NCBI GenBank assembly: GCA_038063455.1 | Contig: JBBTVB010000002.1 | Coordinates: 257,296 to 321,295, forward strand | Reading direction: 5' to 3' | From: Patescibacteria group bacterium | GTDB taxonomy: Bacteria; Patescibacteriota; Patescibacteriia; PEXW01 | Length of the DNA stretch: 64,000 nucleotides | In this document: one piece after another, positions 53,550-63,430 of the stretch | Layout: the number at the start of each line of letters is the position of its first letter | Position numbering within the stretch: the stretch's first letter is position 1 | The notes under the pieces: model-generated | The model's input: the letters and a program-made list of their open reading frames with translations, nothing else | The model's database searches: none | Told to the model about the DNA's origin: nothing | Translations under genes and position numbers: made by a program

Positions 53550-54773
53550 CTAGCTGCGCTTTTGCCCATGTGGCCAAAATCCGAACACAAAAGCCAGCAA
53601 AAGAGCAGCACCAGCTATACCGATAGTCAGGCCAGAGAAGCCAAAGCCATCAAGCGCAAACCCTAGAACTAATGGTCCAATCAAGCCGCCAATCGTTGCA
53701 ACACTCGCAAAGGCCCCGCCGCGCTGGCCGTACAGACTGGCCGAGCCCAAGGTAGTAACCAAGCTCCGTTGAATAACCGAAAATTGCTCGAGCAAAATAC
53801 CCAAGAAGAAACTTGCAGCAAGTTTAAACGCGTACGATGGAAAAGCAGCAAGGCCCAAAACTACTACGGCTACAATAGCTAAACCAAACGCGACAAGCCG
53901 GTGCTTATTTTCATGGTCGGCAATCTTACCAAGTGCATAACCAAACAAACTGGGGATGGTCGCAGTAATCGTGAGCAAGACTACCAGTGCCGGGGCTGCG
54001 CCTTCGACGTACGCATCAATCGGAATGAAAAACCACATCAAGGCTTCAATAAGCCCGGTGAAGAGCACCAAGATGCAGAGTAACCAGAGGTGTCGATCCC
54101 AACTTCGCCATTCATCCCAAAGTTTTTTGTAGGAGGCAAAAAATGCGAAGCGAAATTTTTTAGGCCGTGCCACGCTATCTCGCGGAATCCGCAGTGCAAT
54201 CCAAAGCGCAATGAGACTAGTCGGGGTGACAATAAGTAAAAGGTAGTGAATAGAGACGTAAGGAACTAATAACATGCCGAGGAATGCTGCAACAATCCAG
54301 CCAAAATTCGACCACGTGTCAATATATCCAAAAGACGATCCAAGGTTGCGTCGTTGAGCAACGCGTCGGTAGTAGGTATCCACGGCCATATCTTCCACAC
54401 CCCAGGTTACGCCGTTGATTACTCGTGCAAAAATGATAAACACGCCGATACCAAACGCGCCAGCTAAAAAATAACTGATACCCACTAATGGGTACAAAGC
54501 CAAAGCAAACAGGATAAGCGACTTTGCCGGTATTCGATCGGCAAGCCGACCGATCACTGGTAGGGCAAGTAGCAGAGCAATGTCGTAGGCCGCACGGAAA
54601 GCGCCGGCTTCGGCATACGACTGTGAGAATCTAAAAATGAATAAGGGGATAAGTGCTTCCCCAAAACCCCAACCGAGCCAGCGAACCGTGCGCATCCAGG
54701 CAATCCGCTTGATGCTGTTTGCAAGATGAACGTGACCGGAAAAAAGCGCTCGCCTCGAGTGCAGTAGGCCCAT
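53550..54773 (-). CDS. MFS transporter
   Basis: About 12 TM segments with the GRLADRIP loop motif between TM2 and TM3. Confidence 0.8.
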   Translation of the reverse strand: MGLLHSRRALFSGHVHLANSIKRIAWMRTVRWLGWGFGEALIPLFIFRFSQSYAEAGAFRAAYDIALLLALPVIGRLADRIPAKSLILFALALYPLVGISYFLAGAFGIGVFIIFARVINGVTWGVEDMAVDTYYRRVAQRRNLGSSFGYIDTWSNFGWIVAAFLGMLLVPYVSIHYLLLIVTPTSLIALWIALRIPRDSVARPKKFRFAFFASYKKLWDEWRSWDRHLWLLCILVLFTGLIEALMWFFIPIDAYVEGAAPALVVLLTITATIPSLFGYALGKIADHENKHRLVAFGLAIVAVVVLGLAAFPSYAFKLAASFFLGILLEQFSVIQRSLVTTLGSASLYGQRGGAFASVATIGGLIGPLVLGFALDGFGFSGLTIGIAGAALLLAFVFGFWPHGQKRS

Positions 54774-54780
54774 AAGGATC

Positions 54781-55119
54781 CTAAACGACGGGAGGCTGCC
54801 AGAGGTACTTCTCCAAATCCACGCGCCACATCGTTTCCTTCTTCATTAGCTTCACCCCATCCTGCTTCAGCTTCCAGGCCTGCTCATCCTGCGCGTGCTC
54901 GCGGTTCATAATCGAAATGTAGCCCTGCTTATTGACCACGCGCTGCCAGGGCACGTTCTCGCTCTTGGCCGCGTCTAAGGCATGCAGGGCCCAACCCACC
55001 TGGCGGCTGGCCTTTGGGCTACCAATGAGCGCGGCCACCTGGCCATAGGTGGCAACTTTGCCTTTGGGAATTCTTCGGACCACGGCGTACACCCGCTGGT
55101 GAAAATTGAGTGGAGCCAT
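54781..55119 (-). CDS. Alkyltransferase-like (ATL) / MGMT-family DNA-binding protein lacking the acceptor Cys
   Basis: RIPKGKVATYGQVA and VPWQRVV in place of MGMT PCHRV. Confidence 0.75.
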   Translation of the reverse strand: MAPLNFHQRVYAVVRRIPKGKVATYGQVAALIGSPKASRQVGWALHALDAAKSENVPWQRVVNKQGYISIMNREHAQDEQAWKLKQDGVKLMKKETMWRVDLEKYLWQPPVV

Positions 55120-55124
55120 ATATT

Positions 55125-56192
55125 TTATGTGCTGCGTTGCACTAAATACTCGCCAAAGTCGGCCAGCAGCTTTTTCGTCTGGCCAGGCAGGCGACTGCGC
55201 GTCAGCACCGCTTCGGCCCGACGAATGTAGCGCTCAATCTGCCGTTCAATGTGTGTTTTGGCACCGGTTGCAATAAAAATGGTCCTTACCTTTGCTACAG
55301 CCGCGCGCGGCGCTTGCCGATTGCCAAGGGTTCGGAGTAAAATCCCGCGCTGTGCAGCAGTGGCGTGATGTAAAGCATGCACGGCCAGCAAGGTCGCTTT
55401 CCCTTCCCGAATGTCAGAGTCAGTGGGCTTGCCAACAGCCGCGCTACCGAATGTGCCGAGCAAATCATCTTGCAGTTGGAAGGCGATACCAGCGGGCTCA
55501 GCAAAGGTGCGCAAAGCCCGAAGGTTGGAGGCAGATGCACTACCCAACGTTGCCCCAAGCAACAGAGGCAGAGCAATGGTGTAGTGTCCTGATTTTACGG
55601 ACATCACATGGAGCACCTGTTTGGGGGTTGCTTTCGGCAAGTGCAAACTCAACTCAACGTCCTCGTACTGCCCGGCAATCAACTCTGTCCGCATGGCAAG
55701 AAAAAGTGCACGCGCTCGACCGGCGGCAGTTCCAGAAAAACCCGCGGCCTCTAGCGCCTCGTCTGCTGCGCTTAGCAGCAAGTCGCCAACCAGAATCGAC
55801 TGAGCTACGCCAATCGCTTCTGGGTTCTGTAAACCAGCGCGGCGAGCCAGTTGCGCTTGGTCTACATGCATCGTTGCTACACCCCGTCGGGTGACCGACC
55901 CATCAATAATATCGTCATGAATAAGCGCGAAGACGTGGAGTAGCTCCACAGCGACGCCAGCCTGGATAATCCGCCGGTCAGCTCTTTTGCCTGCAGCTCG
56001 GTAGCCCGCAACCACTAGGGCGGGGCGAAGGCGTTTGCCACCACGAATGAGCGCGCTTTGGAGCGCCTGGGCCATGGCTGCACTGGTCGGTCGAATGCGT
56101 TTCGCCAACTTCTGTAGCTCGCGAAGCAATGCCCGATCGCTCTGGCGTTTTACCTGGGCAATGAATGCTTGGGCGTGGGCCGTAGATTCCAT
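55125..56192 (-). CDS. Polyprenyl diphosphate synthase (trans-IPPS family)
   Basis: LIHDDIID (FARM) and QLQDDLLG (SARM). Confidence 0.85.
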   Translation of the reverse strand: MESTAHAQAFIAQVKRQSDRALLRELQKLAKRIRPTSAAMAQALQSALIRGGKRLRPALVVAGYRAAGKRADRRIIQAGVAVELLHVFALIHDDIIDGSVTRRGVATMHVDQAQLARRAGLQNPEAIGVAQSILVGDLLLSAADEALEAAGFSGTAAGRARALFLAMRTELIAGQYEDVELSLHLPKATPKQVLHVMSVKSGHYTIALPLLLGATLGSASASNLRALRTFAEPAGIAFQLQDDLLGTFGSAAVGKPTDSDIREGKATLLAVHALHHATAAQRGILLRTLGNRQAPRAAVAKVRTIFIATGAKTHIERQIERYIRRAEAVLTRSRLPGQTKKLLADFGEYLVQRST

Positions 56193-56224
56193 ACCTGTAT
56201 TCTAGCAGGTGGTACACTATACAC

Positions 56225-58048
56225 ATGACGAGTAAAGTCTTGAGCAATATCGCCCTACAAACCCGCCGCTGGATTTTGCAGATGACCACGGCGGCTGGCT
56301 CCGGACATGCCACGTCTTCACTTTCGGCTACGGACCTCATGGCTGCGCTTCTTTTCGGTGGCTTTTTTAAGGCCAACCTGGGTCAGCCCAAAAACCCAAG
56401 CAACGATCGGATTATTTTTTCCAAAGGCCATGCCGCGCCCCTGCTCTATGCGCTGTACGCCGCAGCCGGAATTATTCCCGAACGCGAACTTTTGAGCCTG
56501 CGAAAATTTGGCAGCCGGCTGGAGGGCCATCCTGTGCCCACGACTTTCCCGTACGCAGAGGCTGCCACTGGCTCCCTGGGCCAGGGCCTCTCTGTGGGCC
56601 TAGGCATGGCACTAGCTGGCAGGATGGATAAACTCCCATACCGAACGTTTGTGCTCCTGGGTGACAGTGAGTTAGCTGAAGGCCAAGTGTGGGAAGCCGC
56701 ACAGCTGGCCAGCCACTACAAACTAAGCAACCTGATTGCCATTGCGGATATCAACCGCCTGGGCCAGCGCGGGGCAACCATGCTCGGTTGGAATGTCCAA
56801 ACCTATGCCAAGCGTTTCCAAGCTTTTGGGTGGCGCACACTGGTCGTTAATGGCCATGACGTGGACGCAATCGCAAAAACTTATCGTCGTGCACTATCAG
56901 CAAGCAATAAACCTACAATCATCCTCGCCCAAACCATAAAAGGTAAAGGCATCTCATTCTTAGAAAACAAAAACGGTTGGCATGGCAAGGCGCTGACCAA
57001 AGTCCAGCTTGACCAAGCACTCGCTGAACTTGGCGAAGCTGGAAAAATCCGGGGTGTAGTAAAGCAGCCAGCTGGTCGGAGCCCAAAGCAGTCAGCCAAA
57101 AAACCGGCCAAGCCAATCCAGTACACGCGTGGCGAACTTGTGGCCACCCGCCAAGCCTATGGCAATGCCTTAGCCCGCCTGGCGCCCGCGTATCCTAATC
57201 TGACCGTGCTAGATGCCGAGGTGAGTAATTCCACCATGGCTGACGAGTTTGCCAAAGCCCAGCCCAAACGGTTCTTCGAGATGTTCATTGCTGAACAAAA
57301 TATGATGAGTACGGCACTGGGCCTGTCCCGTCGCAGCAAAATCCCGTTTGCCTCCAGCTTTGCCGCCTTTCTCACACGTGCCCATGACCAAATCCGCATG
57401 GCCGCCTTAAGCGATGCACACATTGTTATCTGCGGTTCCCACAGCGGTGTGTCTATTGGCCAGGATGGCGCCTCACAAATGGGTTTAGAAGACCTTGCCA
57501 TGCTCCGCAGCACCTTTGGCAGCACTGTGCTGTACCCCAGCGATGCCGTGAGCACGGAAAAACTTGTAGAGCAGGCCGCCCGCACCAAAGGGATTGTGTA
57601 TATTCGGACGACGCGCGGCAAAACCCCGGTGCTCTATAAAAATACCGAGGATTTCCCCATTGGCGGCAGTAAAACCCTGGCCGAAAGCCGTAAGGATAAA
57701 GCCACGATTATCGCCGCCGGCATTACGGTGCACGAAGCAGCCAAAGCCTATAACGAACTGCAAAAAAAGCACATCAACGTGCGGGTCATTGACCTCTATA
57801 GCATCAAACCGATTGATAGAAAGACCTTGCTCCGCGCTGCGCGCCAAACCAAGCATTTGATTGTGGTGGAAGACCACGTGGCCGAAGGCGGCATCGCCGA
57901 CGCCGTGCGGGAAGTAGTCGGCAGCACTGCCAAAGTGACATCACTCGCTGTCCGAAAACTGCCTCGCAGTGGCAAGCCCGAGCAACTCCTGACGTATGAG
58001 GGGATTGATGCGAAGGCGACCATACGGGCGGTAAAACGGGGGATGTAA
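56225..58048 (+). CDS. tkt: Transketolase (compact fused form, 607 aa)
   Basis: GSGHATSSLS, GSLGQGLS, GDSELAEGQVWEA TPP-binding motifs and a C-terminal Pyr/TK-C region. Confidence 0.9.
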   Translation: MTSKVLSNIALQTRRWILQMTTAAGSGHATSSLSATDLMAALLFGGFFKANLGQPKNPSNDRIIFSKGHAAPLLYALYAAAGIIPERELLSLRKFGSRLEGHPVPTTFPYAEAATGSLGQGLSVGLGMALAGRMDKLPYRTFVLLGDSELAEGQVWEAAQLASHYKLSNLIAIADINRLGQRGATMLGWNVQTYAKRFQAFGWRTLVVNGHDVDAIAKTYRRALSASNKPTIILAQTIKGKGISFLENKNGWHGKALTKVQLDQALAELGEAGKIRGVVKQPAGRSPKQSAKKPAKPIQYTRGELVATRQAYGNALARLAPAYPNLTVLDAEVSNSTMADEFAKAQPKRFFEMFIAEQNMMSTALGLSRRSKIPFASSFAAFLTRAHDQIRMAALSDAHIVICGSHSGVSIGQDGASQMGLEDLAMLRSTFGSTVLYPSDAVSTEKLVEQAARTKGIVYIRTTRGKTPVLYKNTEDFPIGGSKTLAESRKDKATIIAAGITVHEAAKAYNELQKKHINVRVIDLYSIKPIDRKTLLRAARQTKHLIVVEDHVAEGGIADAVREVVGSTAKVTSLAVRKLPRSGKPEQLLTYEGIDAKATIRAVKRGM

Positions 58049-58142
58049 ATTTACTATAGACATAACTTCATACCAGCTTGACAGCCGGTACTGTTTTGCT
58101 AGGGTAGGGTGAAAATCACAATAGAAAAAATGAGGAGGAGTC

Positions 58143-58829
58143 TTGAGTAAAAAATCGCCCTTACCATTACGCCGAATACGCATTGGTTACTCGCAACGCA
58201 TTTTTGATCGACCCACGTTTGAACGGATAGTCGAAACAGAATTGTACCCACGTGAATTCGAAGACGTTATGCTGGCTTACCGACTCTCGAAGCACGGGCA
58301 TCGGGGACAATTCCGGCACGACCAGCTTACGCGGTACTTTGATCACTGCAAGAGCGTCGCCCTGATTATCGTTTTGGAGTGCGAGGTCTTCCTCGGCAAG
58401 GCCATTTGCGTCGCCCTGATGCATGACCTTAAAGAAGACGCTTACATTCTCACCTGGAACGATATCGTCCGAATTTTCAAGCGTGACATCTATCGGGGCT
58501 TGCGGATTATCACGAAAGAACGCGACAAAGACTACTACCGCGGAATTCTTTCGGTAGAACCCAAAGACTGGTGGATTATGCTGGTGAAGCTGGCAGATCG
58601 CCTGCATAATCTTCGGACCTTATTGCACGAACCTCAAGTCTTTCAGCGCAAGCAGTTAGCTGAAACCGAACGCCTGTATCCTGGGCTCATCGAGGTATTC
58701 CGTAGCAAGGCGCCCAAGCGGTTCCGTCATCTGGCAGACTTCTTCTCGAGTGAGCTAGAGTATGCCTGTAACCGTGTGTATAAACAACTCGGTGAACAAA
58801 AAACAACTGCATTCAAACATGCAGCCTAA
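58143..58829 (+). CDS. HD-domain (p)ppGpp hydrolase-like protein (SpoT/RelA hydrolase domain only)
   Basis: HRGQFR..., ALMHDLKED and KLADRLHNLRTL. TTG start after GAGGAGGAG. Confidence 0.8.
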   Translation: MSKKSPLPLRRIRIGYSQRIFDRPTFERIVETELYPREFEDVMLAYRLSKHGHRGQFRHDQLTRYFDHCKSVALIIVLECEVFLGKAICVALMHDLKEDAYILTWNDIVRIFKRDIYRGLRIITKERDKDYYRGILSVEPKDWWIMLVKLADRLHNLRTLLHEPQVFQRKQLAETERLYPGLIEVFRSKAPKRFRHLADFFSSELEYACNRVYKQLGEQKTTAFKHAA

Positions 58830-58876
58830 AACCTTAAACAATTGGCAAGGCACAGAAATCTGTGCCTTTCTTTTAT

Positions 58877-59455
58877 TTATCTTTGTGTAAAATCTGTAAC
58901 GAGTTTCTCTACGTCTTTGGTGCTCCATTTATACTTTTTGCCGAAGCGCTGGCGGCTAATCTCATACACGCAAATCGCCGTCATCACAGACACATTCAAG
59001 CTCTCCACAAAGCCGCGCATGGGGAGCATGAGCAAACGGTCACAGACGGCAATGGCTTCTGGCGACAGGCCGGCATGTTCATTGCCGACCCAGAGGGCAA
59101 TTTTTGTAGCCGTGAGTTTAGCTTTGGTAAAATCTTCTGCGCCGGGTCGCAACACCGTACCGACTGATTCGTACTTTAATCGCTTGAGCGCGGCTTTACA
59201 CTCGGCAACAGATTTAAAAGTTCTAAAGGTCAACCACTTGTTCGCGGACGATGAACTAGACTTGCCCACGCGCTTGGGGTTGTAGGCCTTTTCTTTGTTA
59301 AAAATAAACCACACGTCCTGCACGCCAAAGGCATCACAGGTCCGTAAAATTGCCGCGGCATTGTGCGGGTCGTGAATATCTTCCAAAACGACAATGAATC
59401 CGGCCTGGCGTAGGCTAGCAACGTGCTGCAATCTTGCTTGACGTTTACTTTGCAC
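58877..59455 (-). CDS. SpoU/TrmH-family RNA 2'-O-methyltransferase
   Basis: VLEDIHDPHNAAAILRTCDAFG, GNEHAGLS and ESLNVSV motifs. Confidence 0.8.
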   Translation of the reverse strand: MQSKRQARLQHVASLRQAGFIVVLEDIHDPHNAAAILRTCDAFGVQDVWFIFNKEKAYNPKRVGKSSSSSANKWLTFRTFKSVAECKAALKRLKYESVGTVLRPGAEDFTKAKLTATKIALWVGNEHAGLSPEAIAVCDRLLMLPMRGFVESLNVSVMTAICVYEISRQRFGKKYKWSTKDVEKLVTDFTQR

Positions 59456-59657
59456 GGCGCAAAAAAGTAAATCGCTTTACACGCTTGCCCTGCACTTTTA
59501 CAAAGCCTTCAAACATTTTTCTTGGCCGTACCCAAAACCCACGGTTTCCATAGCGCATTCTATAAACTACCAATTCGCTCAATGACTCCGAATGCCGAGC
59601 AATACCCAGGACATCATATAACTTGCCTTTGTAGTGCTGGTAAATGCCTAACTTCAT
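59445..59657 (-). CDS. DUF1653 protein
   Basis: GIYQHYKGKLYDVLGIARHSE..ELVVY...WVRP..MF. Confidence 0.75.
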   Translation of the reverse strand: MKLGIYQHYKGKLYDVLGIARHSESLSELVVYRMRYGNRGFWVRPRKMFEGFVKVQGKRVKRFTFLRRAK

Positions 59658-59977
59658 TTCCGCGCTTCGGCCTGTACCCAACGAAAATATTCTTTTGAAA
59701 CCTCAACGGCAATACCATTTATTGAGGGTAACGAATCGCTATGCAGCCTGGTAACAGCCGTGCGAACTTTCGAAACCAATTTTGGTAAAGTGACGGCAAT
59801 GAGCATTGCGCCTTTTGCAGTTTCAATTTTTCCGCTCTTCGGGGGCCAAAAATACGCCGCTTTTGAACGGAGAATAATGTCATAGCAAGCAATGCTTCGC
59901 TGCTTAAGCAGTGCATTGCCAATTCGGTCAGCTTCAGCTCGTGAATTACAGTTGATAAGCAACCAAGCAATTTTCAT
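59654..59977 (-). CDS. cutA: Divalent-cation tolerance protein CutA-like
   Basis: About 105 aa. ...A..I...L...R.IAC..I......YFW.G.IE... CutA1 pattern. ATGA overlap with the next gene. Confidence 0.7.
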   Translation of the reverse strand: MKIAWLLINCNSRAEADRIGNALLKQRSIACYDIILRSKAAYFWPPKSGKIETAKGAMLIAVTLPKLVSKVRTAVTRLHSDSLPSINGIAVEVSKEYFRWVQAEARK

Positions 59978-59997
59978 ATAGAAATTCTACCACATGG

Positions 59998-60053
59998 GTA
60001 GCCTGGGTCCCTTGACCCAGGCTTTCATGACGAGGTCAAGGGACCTCGTCTAC
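59998..60053. repeat. REP/BIME-like element (GTAG-hairpin-spacer-hairpin-CTAC)
   Basis: GTAGCCTGGGTCccttGACCCAGGC ... GACGAGGTCaaggGACCTCGTCTAC. Confidence 0.6.
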
Positions 60054-60091
60054 CCTTGGCTCGCCCTCCCCAGCACCACTCGCAATCTTAA

Positions 60092-61852
60092 CTATTGTGT
60101 ATTGAGGCTCGGGTGCTGGGCAAGCTGCTGGCGCCACAAGGCAGCGTACAGGCCGCTCTGCTTTAGTAGTTCGGCATGGCTACCGTGCTCCACTACTTTA
60201 CCGCGCTCCAGCACGTAAATAACGTCTGCGTGCGCGATGGTAGAGAGTCGGTGGGCGATGAGCACAGTCATGAGCTGCGGCTTCTTAGCCGTAATGTCTT
60301 TAATGGTCTCTGTAATGGCCTGCTCGGTAATGCTGTCCAGGCTACTGGTGGCTTCGTCAAAAATGATGAGGTCAGGTTCGCGCAGCAGCGCCCGAGCAAT
60401 GGCTAAGCGTTGACGTTCGCCGCCGGAGAGCTTAAGGCCGCCCTCACCAATCCGCGTGTCTAAGCCTTGTGCGGAACGGGACAGAATTGTGTCGGCCGCG
60501 GCCGCATGCAGCGAGGTTAGGCATTCCGCATCCGTAGCCTGGGGTCGGACGAATTGCAGGTTTTCCCGAATCGTCCCAGCAAAAAGTTGCGTTTCTTGCG
60601 CCACCAAACCAATGCGCTGGCGGAACTGCCGGTAGTCCATGGCTTGGCTGTCCACGTCGTTGAAAAGTAACTTGCCGTGCGTGGGTTTGTACAAACCGGC
60701 AAGGAGCTTAACGAGTGTGGTCTTGCCGCTGCCCGATGGGCCAACAAAAGCAATGGTTTGGCCAGATTGAATGCTAACCTGAATCTGTTCCAAGGCGGGG
60801 CGCGATGCGGTAGCGTACCGAAAACCCACATCCTGAAACTGAATAGCTGTGAGCTTGCCAACCTGTACGGGCCGGGAGGGTTGTTCGTCAGCCGGTTTTT
60901 TGAGAATGACTTCTAGCTGGTCCATGCTCGCGCGCGCTTCTTGGTATTGCCGTGCCACGGTGCCAAGTTCGGCGAGCGGCGAAAAAATAAAAAAGGAGTA
61001 GATGAGCAAACTGAAGTACTCACCCATGGTAATGTGCTGCTGGAAGATGAGCCAGAACATGAGGACGAGCAAGATAGAACGTAAAGTGTTGATCAGCGTT
61101 CCCTGAATAAAGCTGAACTTGCGAATGATCACGATTTTTTTGAGCTCCAGTTGCAGGATAGTGTCGTTGGTCGTGTTCAGGCGGTCAATTTCTTGCTGCT
61201 CAAGGCCCAGGCTCTTGACCAGCTCCACGTTACGCAGAGTTTCGGTGGTGGAACCGGAGAGCGAGGCAGTTTCCGCAACAATTACTTTTTGCGCGGCTTT
61301 AATTTTTTGGCTAATGAGAAATGTCGCCGTGCCCAACGCTGGAATCATGAGCGTGTACACCAGCCCAATAGACCAGTGCACGGTAAAAGCGTACGAAAGC
61401 ACAAAAAGGATGCCAATGAGGGAGAAGAAGAGGATGCCGATGGCGCTCACAATAAGCGCTTGCACGTCGGTCCTGGCTTTTTGTAACTTCTGCAAGAGCT
61501 CTCCCGACCGCTGATCTTCAAACGCCTGGTAGGGGAGGGAGAACGAGTGCTGCACGCTGTGGGCGTAGAGCCGAGCTCCAATGCGCTGGACCATGACGTT
61601 AACGAAGTAGTCCTGGAAATTCTTGGCAATGCGCGAAACCAATGCCGTGCCCATGGAAAGCAGGACCAGGATAATGACACCTTGGATAAATTGGCTCTGA
61701 CTAAGCTCGGTAACGCGGCTAGCATAACGATCGACCAAAATCCGCATGATTTGGGGGTCGAGCAGGGAGAAACCCTGGTTTATAGCCGCCAGCAAGAGCG
61801 CTCCAAAGAGGAGTCGCTTGTACTTGGTGAGATAGGTCCAAAGAAGTTTCAT
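60092..61852 (-). CDS. ABC transporter, fused permease/ATPase (MsbA/MdlB-like exporter)
   Basis: 6 TM N-domain, then GPSGSGKTT, LSGGERQRLAIARA and IIFDEATS. Confidence 0.9.
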   Translation of the reverse strand: MKLLWTYLTKYKRLLFGALLLAAINQGFSLLDPQIMRILVDRYASRVTELSQSQFIQGVIILVLLSMGTALVSRIAKNFQDYFVNVMVQRIGARLYAHSVQHSFSLPYQAFEDQRSGELLQKLQKARTDVQALIVSAIGILFFSLIGILFVLSYAFTVHWSIGLVYTLMIPALGTATFLISQKIKAAQKVIVAETASLSGSTTETLRNVELVKSLGLEQQEIDRLNTTNDTILQLELKKIVIIRKFSFIQGTLINTLRSILLVLMFWLIFQQHITMGEYFSLLIYSFFIFSPLAELGTVARQYQEARASMDQLEVILKKPADEQPSRPVQVGKLTAIQFQDVGFRYATASRPALEQIQVSIQSGQTIAFVGPSGSGKTTLVKLLAGLYKPTHGKLLFNDVDSQAMDYRQFRQRIGLVAQETQLFAGTIRENLQFVRPQATDAECLTSLHAAAADTILSRSAQGLDTRIGEGGLKLSGGERQRLAIARALLREPDLIIFDEATSSLDSITEQAITETIKDITAKKPQLMTVLIAHRLSTIAHADVIYVLERGKVVEHGSHAELLKQSGLYAALWRQQLAQHPSLNTQ

Positions 61853-61886
61853 TGCATGTGGTAGCCGGCCGATGCCGGGGCAAGCC

Positions 61887-62387
61887 CTACTGGACGGTTA
61901 TAGTGGTCTCTAATACTAGCTGCTCTGCTGCGGTGAGTCCACTGCCCAGCAATCGGCTGCCGACGCACTTGCTGGTACGGTACGTACCGTCGACTTGCTG
62001 CTGCAGGAAAAGGAGGTAAGGTGGTTTGCTGGAGGCAAAGTGCAGGTCGTCTGCAGGAATATTTTCACCCTCGGTGGTAGCGAGCGCCCGAATGCGCACG
62101 CCAAGTGCCGGCAACGTACCTTTGTAGAAGTGCTGCGGCGTAATGAGCACGTTTGCGTAACCAGGCTCGGCCGGAACCACGAGAAAAACTTTCCCGGTGA
62201 GAATAAGATCGGCGTGGGCAACACTCTCGGCAAGGGAAAGCGGCGTGCAGTTTACAGATTGCTCCGTCGCTGGTTGCTTACGGTCAATGACCAGAGTGGC
62301 AGCAAGGATGGCCGTAATAATTGCCCCAATGGTGAATACAAATAGTCGGGCAAAATGGTGGTGGGCAATGTGCTGATGTTCGGGCAT
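61887..62387 (-). CDS. Hypothetical membrane-anchored protein (166 aa)
   Basis: His-rich N-terminus followed by a single TM. No family recognised. Confidence 0.5.
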   Translation of the reverse strand: MPEHQHIAHHHFARLFVFTIGAIITAILAATLVIDRKQPATEQSVNCTPLSLAESVAHADLILTGKVFLVVPAEPGYANVLITPQHFYKGTLPALGVRIRALATTEGENIPADDLHFASSKPPYLLFLQQQVDGTYRTSKCVGSRLLGSGLTAAEQLVLETTITVQ

Positions 62388-62555
62388 GTGCCTAGTGTAT
62401 CATGCAGGTTAAAGTTTTTGGCACCAGCAAAATATACTTCCCTAATGCATAGTAAAATAAAAATGCGCAACAACACCGAGGGTGTAGCATAATCAACAGA
62501 AGGCACTTGTGTATAGCGAGTACCTTGTCATATGCAAACATGGTAAGCTAGATAC

Positions 62556-62852
62556 ATGCACGAACCGGAAATCCAAAATTGGCTTAACCACGCGCGGAGC
62601 ATTGGGTACACAGACTCAGAAATCCGTGGACTCATGCTCAAGGCCGGCTGGAGCAGCAAGCAAGTGAACGAAACCATGACTGCCCGTGGACTTAGTGCCG
62701 GTACCGCCTCAGGAAATCGCACGGGCAAGGTGGTGCCGCGGCGGCTCGAGCAACATGGTAAAGCCGTAGCGCGACATTACCTAACGGTAGGTCTGCTTAT
62801 TGCCGTGAGCGTTGTAGTGTGGGTGGTGGTGTACTGGGCCTGGCAGCGCTAA
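62556..62852 (+). CDS. Hypothetical protein (98 aa, C-terminal TM)
   Basis: TGgTAAGCT lies 6 nt before the ATG (leaderless layout). C-terminal hydrophobic helix. Confidence 0.5.
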   Translation: MHEPEIQNWLNHARSIGYTDSEIRGLMLKAGWSSKQVNETMTARGLSAGTASGNRTGKVVPRRLEQHGKAVARHYLTVGLLIAVSVVVWVVVYWAWQR

Positions 62853-62877
62853 CTAGCAACAACCGTACCTGGACACC

Positions 62878-63228
62878 CTACACCAGGGCGTTTATTTTTG
62901 CGGCCAGAATAAAGTCGTTGTCGTGCAAACCGCCAATGGCATGCGTCCACAACGTAAAATCAACCACGTTATAGTGGACGCTAAAGTCCGGGTGGTGGCC
63001 TTCGGCTTCGGCTACGTCTTCCACTTTTCGCAGGAAAGCCATTGCCGCTCGAAAATCTTTAAACGTGAGTTGCTTTTGCAACGTCGCCACGTGCGTCCCG
63101 TCTTTTTCGGTTAGCACAACGCGCCACCCCGGAACTTGGGGCAGCAATGCTTGCACTTCGGTATCAGTAAGTGCGGCCACGCCGCCTTCACAGGGGACAC
63201 ACTTCTTTTGGATAAGCGCTTCTTCCAT
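62878..63228 (-). CDS. Pterin-4-alpha-carbinolamine dehydratase family protein
   Basis: EGHHPDF...V...L.TH motif and an N-terminal CVPCEGG. Confidence 0.85.
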   Translation of the reverse strand: MEEALIQKKCVPCEGGVAALTDTEVQALLPQVPGWRVVLTEKDGTHVATLQKQLTFKDFRAAMAFLRKVEDVAEAEGHHPDFSVHYNVVDFTLWTHAIGGLHDNDFILAAKINALV

Positions 63229-63430
63229 GGCTAAACCACCTCTTTGAGGCTCTCAGCCGTTTCTCGAATAATTTTACCCTCTGCATTCTCAACGCTTTCC
63301 ATGTTGACCTCTCCCATAGAGATAGTGGTAAATTCGAGACCCTCCTATGTGTAGTCTAGCAGACCAATACATACGCGCAATAAAAAAACCGAATGGGTTG
63401 GCCCATTCGGTAATGCATAAAAGCTACATA

